Source: Chrysomallon squamiferum
Lineage: Eukaryota; Animalia; Mollusca
Reading direction: 5' to 3'
NCBI GenBank assembly: GCA_012295275.1
Contig: CM022668.1
Span: forward strand, 7,936,001-8,000,000
Length of the DNA: 64,000 bases
The stretch's first letter is position 1. Every line of letters starts with the position of its first letter. The notes under the pieces were generated by a model. That model saw only the letters and a list, made by a program, of their open reading frames with translations, made no database searches and was not told the DNA's origin. A program made the position numbers and the translations under genes. Shown here piece by piece: positions 53,810-64,000 of the stretch.

Positions 53810-54267
53810 CCATTATTCATAACTTTTTCTCTTTTTTTTTTTCCTTTTCATGTTGTCAGTATTATCACGAATACCTCTTAATAAATGAATAAATCAGTTA
53901 ATCAAAATTTGACTAATGATACCTCGGCTTCTAAAATCATTATACTTTCATCTTGAAAATTTTATCGATTTCGTTAATGTTTTTTCTGCACTTGAGAATT
54001 TTTGGTTTCAGTAAGATATCAAATAAATCATTTAAAAAAAAAAAAAGAGTACAACTTTGGCAACAATAACAACAATAATTACTACTACTACTACTACTAG
54101 TACAACAACAACAACTACCACTACCTCTACCACTACTGTTGCTGTACTATACTATGATTATAGTAGATGTTATTACTATTATAATTACCACGATTATTAT
54201 TATTATTATTATTAATAGTAGTAGTACTAGTAGTAGAATAGTAGTAGTAGTAGTAGTAGTAGTAGAA

Positions 54268-54323
<56 letters not shown>

Positions 54324-54558
54324 TTGGAAATAAAATAAATATCAAAACGTTTTACGTAGAGTATGGCCTACTGATATATAACGATTTCGTCAAAAATAAA
54401 CTAAATACTTTAACTAGGTTGTTTACAAGCTGCGCGTTGTGTGACGTAATCTGTAAAGGTTATTGAAGTAATCAGAAAACACGTTTGACCTTTTCAAAAT
54501 GATTTATCATCACAGCGTAACAGTTTACACATAAAATACCAAAATACCAAATATACAC

Positions 54559-54627
<69 letters not shown>

Positions 54628-56312
54628 GTTCTTTATATATCTATGTACATCTGCATTTCTGTAGTTTAGACTAAACGTCATATAAATGTAAATAAATAAG
54701 AACATATATCAAACAGAAGTGTACATTCACACACATACACACATATATACCCACACACCACACAGATATACACACATGCGTATATACACAATAATACACA
54801 CATATACACTGACACCTAAATACAAAGAAACGTACACTCACCCAGGCACATACTTATACTCATAATCACACATACACACACCTACCATATACGTCACTCA
54901 CATACACTCACCTACTTATACATATACATACACATACACATACAGTAACTCACTGAAACACTCACACATTCATACACACACACACAAACACACAAACAAA
55001 CACACACACACACACACACTAGCATGAACATACAGACAAAAGTACGTATACTCACAGACACACACACACACACACCAACATACACACACAGACAAAAACA
55101 CACGCACATGTTCGATAAAATGCTACCATCTGTGAAACAAAGAGGTTTCATGTAGCAAGTAGATCAATAAAGCCACGTTTTCAAGGCCTAAGATTAGCTG
55201 GAATATTTTACTCTGTGTCCAAGACTTTAAACGATATAAGCTGTCCCGTTGTTTAATTTAAACATCTGTGCACAGTCAGTAGAAACCTTTATAACCAGAG
55301 GTCACTGCAGCGTAAATAAATAATCAACATGTAGTAGGATGTACGTAAACATTAAAAAACAGTTTTATTTATCATTATTAGTTTTTTATTTATAACTAAT
55401 TTCTTCTTTTTTATTACAGAATTTTTATTTTGTTATTTTATTTAATTTCATTTTGTATATTTATTTATTTATTTATTTATTTATTTATTATGTTCTGTGA
55501 AAATATTTTAAAATGTATTGCTGCTATTGCTGCTGTTATTGTTGTTGTTGATGTGGTTGTTCAAATATCAACGACAACATTATAGATTAGGTAGTTTAAT
55601 ATAACCAGTGGTAGTAATATGGTAGAAGTAGTTGTTGTATCAGTGGTAGGAGTAGTTGAAGCAGTAGAAGACGAATTAGAACTTGTAGTAATAATGAAAT
55701 ACTAGTAGTAGAAATAGTAAATTAGTAGTAATGATAGTAGTAATAGCTGTAGTAATAGTAGCAGTAGTAGTCGTCGTAGTAGCCATAGTAGTAGTAGTAG
55801 TGACTGCAGAGAGCGGTTTCACCTTACATTCGACATTAGCTATAAATACTAGATGGAAATTGCTACTACAACTATGCTACCACTACTACTGCTAACACTA
55901 CTACAACAACATCAACTTCTACTACTACTACTACAACCGCTATCGTTAATAAATAAATAAATGAGTACAAAAATGGATTTTACATTTAATCTGTCTTAAA
56001 CCGTTTTACGTTGATAAGGTTACGAAATAATACGAACATTAAAATAAAAACAACAACAACAAAAACCCTGATTTCTTCTGAAATATTGTAACCATCAAGG
56101 TTTTTATATTTTCCTGACGTCTGTATTTCAAACTGTTAAAATTGTTCGTATTCTGTGTATTTAATAAATATAATGGTATTAAATCGCCAGGCCTTTTTTC
56201 GTTTTCCCCTTGGTTTACTTTTGAAACGTATCCAGTTTAGAGTAACTATTTTTTTTTTTCCATGGTGAGGTCACTGTTCCTAAATGTTCTATTTTTTTTA
56301 TCTACTTGAGTG

Positions 56313-56355
<43 letters not shown>

Positions 56356-56381
56356 GTTTAAACGAAACACTAACGAAAAGA

Positions 56382-56424
<43 letters not shown>

Positions 56425-56504
56425 AAAATTAAGCAATACATCCTCCGTTGAGTCTTTTTTTATTGTATTTATCTTCTGCTTCTTAAACTCCTTTTTCTTT
56501 TCTT

Positions 56505-56541
<37 letters not shown>

Positions 56542-57158
56542 CCATTATTATTATTATTATTATTAGTAGTATTATTAGTATTACTATCATTACCATGATC
56601 ATTATTATGATCGTTATTATGATGATTATTATTATAATTAATAGTAGTAGTAGTAGTAGAAGCAGCAGCTGTTTTTATAACTGTCCTTTCACTATCAACT
56701 CTATTTTTATCTTTTTCCATTTTTAAAAAACTGTTTTAAAACGGACTGCACGACCTATTTGTCCAGGAAGTCTCGATCTGCGCGGTTTGTAACCATCCAA
56801 TCACAGATGTGCCGCTTGATTTGCTGCGTGATTAATTATGGCAATCAAGGTCTCCGGAGATATCAGAGAAATTGGTACGGACGTCGGATTCCTGACGACA
56901 ATGGCCTCGACACGTTGTAACTGTCGACGGTGACGTGTGGTCAGCCGACTGGGAAATCTCACCGTGGAGGTTGTGCAGTCTGCTCTCAATCAAGTCACGC
57001 ATCAAACAAGACTGTTTATGAGGTTAATTAATATTTGTTGTAGGAAACTGTGTTACTCTTCCTACAACTGTGTTTCTTGAATGTTCCAAGGCTTTACGGG
57101 TTTTCGTTCTCCTTTTGTCTGGTTTTTCTGTCTTTTTATTTGATGAAACAACGCTTGT

Positions 57159-57277
<119 letters not shown>

Positions 57278-57987
57278 ATCTCTCTCTGATTCTATTTCTT
57301 TCTTTCTTTCTTTGTCTCTGTGTCTTTCTCAATTTTTTCTTTCAGTCTCTTTCTCTTCTACTTTATCACTCTCTGTTGCGATATTTCGCGTTCTTTCTAT
57401 ATCTGCATCTCTCTGTTTTGCTCTGTCTATTTCTTTCAAACACACACACACACACACACACACAATTACAATATTCCCAGATCTGTTCTAAATAACCTTG
57501 CTTCTCAAAACTGTGAGAAAAACATAACAGAACAGTCCAACCCCTTTTGGTAAATATTAATTGTAAAGAGTCATTCAAATCAGACAAAATTATACAGATA
57601 TCATCTCAACTGGTTTTGAAGAATATTCTTGTTCCCTTGCTTGACAAGTAGGATCAGTACTATCTCGCCTTCTCCCCTCTATTCTTTACTAACATACGTG
57701 ACACAGAATATTGATATGTGGGAAAACTAGTCGTCACAATATAAAACTAAGTGTAGCGTGACGTAACAAAATGATAAAACACCACGACACACGATTCTGT
57801 ACAGTAAGGGAATGCAGTGACAATCTCTGTTGTATGTACATACATATATTCTTTACGTGACCTCGCAAACTTAAACAAAAGATACACATACAATAAGACA
57901 TACATACCAGTATTCTGAAAAGCAGATGCACTGTCACTACATACGTATTTATTATGTGTGTCTGAATAAGTATATATATAGATAGAT

Positions 57988-58022
<35 letters not shown>

Positions 58023-58532
58023 AGTATATGTATATATGTATGTATAACATACGTGTGAGTGTGTGTATATATGCGTAAATAAGTTAACGCAGTGCAATAT
58101 AATGTAGTGCAATATAATATAATACAGCATAATATACTATAATGTAGCATAATATAATATAATATAATATAAGTATTATAAATTATAAAGAGAAGGAGAA
58201 ATATATGCAATGACGCACTCGTCAAAAACAAGATTTTAATATATATATATATATATATATATACATACATATATGTATGTAATTCTTGTTCGCATTACTC
58301 ATCTCAGGCACTTGACATGATTTCCCTGTGTATAATTATAGCCAGTATTTGCAGCAGTGTACAAACAAGGCAACGCCACGGTAATTTGATTGTTCTGGTG
58401 TGTTCGCTATTACCGTGACGCAATCCATGACGATGAATATTTTAGTGTTTCCATGCTTACGTACAATTAGGTTTCCAAGCCACGTGCTGCTACCCACCCA
58501 AACCATGACTAATCGTACAGTGACAAACGTTA

Positions 58533-58652
58533 TACATACATACATACATACATACATACATACATACAGACATACATACATACAGACATACATGCATACA
58601 TACATACAGACATGCAGACATACATACATACATACATACATACATACATACA

Positions 58653-58686
<34 letters not shown>

Positions 58687-58692
58687 CATACA
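58533..58692. repeat. (TACA)n tetranucleotide microsatellite
   Basis: Seen directly. Confidence 0.95.
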
Positions 58693-59884
58693 TATTTGTT
58701 TGTTTATTTATCTGTCTGTCTAGATATTATCTATCTATATATCTAGATAGATAGATAGATGGACAGATATATATATATACGTATGCATGTACGTGATTCT
58801 GTGTATATACAAACGTACATACCTACATACCTACATATATAATTATTTCTGAGTACGAATTATTTTTCTATATGTGTGATGCATAAATAAAGATACATTC
58901 ATACATATATACATATATATATACAAACATTCTTAGATACATACACATACATATACACACTCATGCATATATACATATATCTATGTACGTACATATGTAT
59001 AGACACAGGCACACATATACATACACACACACAGGCATCATACATACATATACACACATATACACATATACACGCACACACATAAATATACATACGAATA
59101 ATGTTTAAAAAAAACAATGCGAGGCATAGAGATTTGTCATAGAAACATTAATAATTAAGGACAATCATAATTAACAAAGCTGATCGATAAATTATTTAAA
59201 ATAAAAGTTTCGATGGAAGAAATAATACGATTAGTTAGTTAGCTGCACTGCATATAACGAAAGTTAGATCACAATACAACAGCGCGGAAATAACTGATAC
59301 AATACACAACGAAACGCGAACAAGGAAAGGTAATAATTAATGAAACAAATTTGATCAGATAAAACTTATTTATAAGCCAGACTTGTACGGTGATGTTCGA
59401 AGCGGTGCGGAACTAAACGAAATAAAACGATATTAATCGAAATGATACGGAAATATACGAAATAACACAGCAAACCTGAAATTGCAGAATGCTGTTTGAA
59501 ATGATAGTGAACTTTACGAAACGAAGCGATATCATTCGAAACAATACGGAAACAAATGACATGATGTAATTTGAAATTATATGAAAAAATAAAAAATAAC
59601 ACGATATCACTAGTCACAATGAAGAGACTATAATATTATGAGAAATCACGAGTATGAACGAAACAATACGACATCAATCAAGAGAGTAATACGGAACTGT
59701 ACGAAAGGTTACGGAAGTATACGAAATAACACGATTTCATTGATTATTGTTACGGAACTTTCCGAAAATATAGGATAAACGTTATGTTTCTTCCAGCACT
59801 GTGTTGAAAGAAATTTCGGCAACGAAAATAAAATCTACCTATCTGTTCTTGTACATGTACATGCACGAATCAATGATATTATGT

Positions 59885-60058
59885 GATATTACGTCATGAT
59901 AGGAAATGGAAACACTGTCACGTCATTTAATCGTGCAACACAGCTATGTTACGTCATTCATCAAACACATAAAGTTGTTATATCATGTAGCAAACACATT
60001 TAGTTGTTACGTCATCATGTCACACCGGAACGGGAAACGTAAGTAGTTGTTACGTCAT
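59885..60058. repeat. ~29-30-bp degenerate tandem repeat, each unit carrying TTACGTCAT or a variant
   Basis: Cores at 59889, 59918 (TCACGTCA), 59949, 59978 (TTATATCA), 60007 and 60050. Confidence 0.8.
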
Positions 60059-62672
60059 AACAGGCAATACACAAAAGTGTATAACAGAACAAAAAAGAGA
60101 AAGAGAGAAAGAGGGGTAGAATTGATAAAGAGAAAATAAGAATGAGAGAATAAATGATATTCGAAAACAACTTCCATTCAGCAAGAAGAAAATCTCTTTA
60201 AATCGTTCGTCAGTGAACTCTGAAAATGAAAACAAAATCCACTGCCGCGAACTGATCTCTTGAACGAGTAACTCAGACAAACGTTCCTCCTGTCAACGAG
60301 TTCAACCCTAAAGCAACAAAATCTTCTTTTAATTTCGTTTTCATTCACCGGGCGCCACCAGTTCACCAACAACCTTCGCAGCGTCTTCCAGTGTTGCCGC
60401 ACCCCACCCCGCCCCTCGCTCGAAGCTCTCTGATCGAAACTTGCCGCTGACCCGTCAGCGAGAGTTCAAGGCTTTTTCTCCAAACGTTTCCCGTTAGCAT
60501 TCATCACATTTCTACGGCTTTGAATAAACAAACATGTTTGCTCTGGCTTTGTTACGCCGCAGTCGTGCATCTTAGCGCGCTTTGTGCTCGGTCACGAGAG
60601 CGTGCCAGGCCCAGTCCACGCCACTTCGACAGCGTGTAAGTGGCCAACGTGTTTTCACGAGACCACTTCGGTCACGGCAGTTTGAAAACAATATTACCCG
60701 ATCGAACCAACATAGCAGCTTTGAACTGTTATGTCAATATCTTTAAATGGTGTGATTACGTTTCTAAGTATGTCCTGTACACGGTTAAATGATATATGTC
60801 ATTTCTTTTTTTCCGGGTCTTGTTACCTGTTTGTGTCCATTGTTCTGAGGTGGACTGTCCAGTAACAAGCAGTTTATTTGTCATAAAAATTAAATTTTAA
60901 ATTTGTTATCTTATTATGAAGAAGTGTACATTTTTTTACTGTGTTTGAAATTTACATATATTTGATTTAGTTGTGTGTGTGTGTTTGTTTGTTTGTGTGT
61001 GTAAGTGTGCGTGCGTGTAAGCTATTGGATTGGAAAGTTTGTATGTATGTATGTCTGTCTGTCATTTAGTATTTCGTAAACAACTGAATTCAAACCTGAG
61101 AAATTTATGCTAATAATAAAAAAATAACACACACACACACACACACACATACTTTATATATATATATATATATATCTTCCCTTTTCTTCTTCTTCTGATG
61201 TTCCTTTTTCTTCTTCTTCTTCTTCTTCTTATTATTGTTATTGTGACTTTTGTTGTTGTTGTTGTTGACACTGTCATCATCAGTTTAAATATTCTTCACT
61301 GTCATCACCATTATCATAACCACCATCATCAACATCATCATCATCATCTTCACGATCATCTCCATTATTCATTAAAATCTGAAGCACTGTGACCGCAAAC
61401 TAACACAGAGTCTTGTTACTAACAATAATTCAAATGTCAACATGTGTTCCATCTCACAGACACTTTTGGACAAGAACGTTAACTCTAGTTCTCTATTATA
61501 GAAGTCAAGAACTCTTCAGAAGAGAGAAGAGAGGAAAATTTTCCATTTGTTAGCACGGACGAGAGCTCTTCAAAGCTTGTGTCCACTGACGATTCTTTGA
61601 ATAATGCCACTTCTCAAATGGCCGACATTCGATACCAAATTATTAGAGACTTGATGTTTCTGGACATTACTTGTTGTAGTGGACTGGTCACATTTGTTCT
61701 GTCCTTTTAAATATTGTGGTTGGAATTTCACCAGCTTCAAAGTAGAAAATGTTTTCTTTCCATTTTTTCTACTTTTGGTCATCTTCTTCTTTTTTTTTCT
61801 TTTTCTTTCCTTTTTTCTTCTTTTTTTCCAGTGAAGAACATTCGTCTATTTTTCTTATTTTTCTTTGTTTTACCTTTCCTGGCTTGTGTTTTTATAACAA
61901 TCAAATAAAAGTCAAAATGATAATTATAAAGATAATTTTGTTTATGTTTATATATTTTATTTTTACAAAAAGTTTTGCTAACATCGTTATTCAAAGTTAT
62001 GATGATCATTCTGATTACGATGATGATGATGATGATGATGATTGTGATAATAAACATGACAAATAAAAACGAATACAGTGGCAGCAATAAACATGAAACG
62101 TGATCAAATTTATAAAAACCTAATTTAATTTCTACCTTTTAACTGAACTCTTTCGTGTTGTTTTCTTGGTATACTTATAAAGAAGACATCTAAATGTTAC
62201 TGCGGTAGTTCAAACCTTCTTCGTGTCGCCTTTGGTCTATTTCACATTCCAACAAGTGCTCCAAGATCTAAAAAACAATGTTAAGTCTATGGGAAGGTGT
62301 ATATAAAATGTCACATGTTGCTAAAAGGTAAAAGTCTTTAATGGTCGAATGAGCTTTTCTTTCTCGAATCAAACAAGCACAGACAGCATCAACGCTGGTA
62401 ACAGTCTATTAAGATATACTCTGTCATAATCCACTGACTTATTTTTAAAAACATTTAAATTGTGCACTAGGTTCATTTTGGCAATAAAACTGAAAGGATG
62501 TAGGTAATAAATAGAGGCGCGTATAAGTAACTGATTGTGTGCGTGCAAATTAAATTTTCTACATTAAAATTACTTTGTACCGTTTCACTCCCTTTTTTTC
62601 AGTTTTGTGTCTCTGTGTATTTCTACCTGTTACTTCATACTCAGCGTAAATTCTATATAACTTATCTTACTT

Positions 62673-62727
<55 letters not shown>

Positions 62728-62831
62728 TTTTTGATTTTTTTCATGTTGAGACGAAAATTTACTTAATGTTTTAATAAATACATTTCGCTTTATTGCTTTC
62801 ATTATAAATGGGCTTATATATTCAGAGAAAT

Positions 62832-62969
<138 letters not shown>

Positions 62970-63254
62970 GCAATAACTATAAGATAAGCGATATTCCTGA
63001 CGTATATAATAAATTAAATACACTGAAAATATAAATTTCGTATATATACATATTTTCACCAGTGAGTCTGTCGGAGCTGTCCGCGTTATCTCTCACACAT
63101 CAACACACAGACAACTCACAAGAATAAACCTCTTACTCAGACTTTGAAAACTGCGATAATGAAAAAGCAGATTTGATAAAAACAAGTAAATATATCTACT
63201 TTAATAAATGTTTTCTGATTACCTAGCATATACAGAACCTTTGAAATAACCGTG

Positions 63255-63419
<165 letters not shown>

Positions 63420-64000
63420 ACACACATCGAAACAGCATCAGTATATAACTGTATATGATAATACAAAATAATAAGTAATTTATATTTATATCATTATGAA
63501 TCAGTTATAAACTAGTTTCCACATCAGTTTAAAAGTTTTAAAACCTGCAAACCTTGCACTCCGATCTGACATTTTTTCTACATCTGTCTGTCTATGTCTT
63601 TCTTTCTTTCTTTCTGACTTTTTTGCACTTTTCCCTTTTTGAACTTTCGCCAGCTTATCGCTCTGTAACGTACCCCTTTCTGAATCCGTGTATTTAATTA
63701 TAATTAACTTTTAACACGCCACCTTAGTTCAGAAAAGTCAAAGCAATTTGGAAAGCAGAATAACATACATATTATACACATTCTAACTTACGTCCATATA
63801 AACACACACATATATATATATGTATGTATATAAGAAGAATGAATGATCTGAACGCACACACACACCTACATACATACATACACATATGAAAATATATATA
63901 TTTACTTATTTATTTATTTACTTATGTTTATATGTATAGATCTGTCTACGTGCGTATGTACCATGACTACTTATACAGCGCACATGATCATTCGCAACAA

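Overview
Eukaryotic, AT-rich, microsatellite-dense animal DNA. It is probably a lophotrochozoan and most likely a mollusc; that is inferred from SINE fragments and is not certain. One protein-coding gene can be assembled completely by hand on the minus strand: a Mohawk (Mkx) TALE-class homeobox gene. It has 5 coding exons (45134-44917, 14869-14538, 5316-4957, 3529-3472, 2736-2649), totalling 1056 nt or 351 aa, with all introns GT-AG and phase-compatible, and intron 1 about 30 kb. The first exon lies beside what looks like a bidirectional promoter: two divergent TATA boxes around two CCAAT boxes. The promoter and exon 1 are bracketed by a ~170-bp near-identical inverted repeat and a ~325-bp near-identical direct repeat. 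The rest is intronic or intergenic: tRNA-derived SINE fragments, several degenerate minisatellites carrying TF-like motifs, many perfect CRE palindromes, and SSRs. Nearly all ORFs in the supplied track are microsatellite artefacts. I see no CRISPR array, prokaryotic system or intact transposon ORF.
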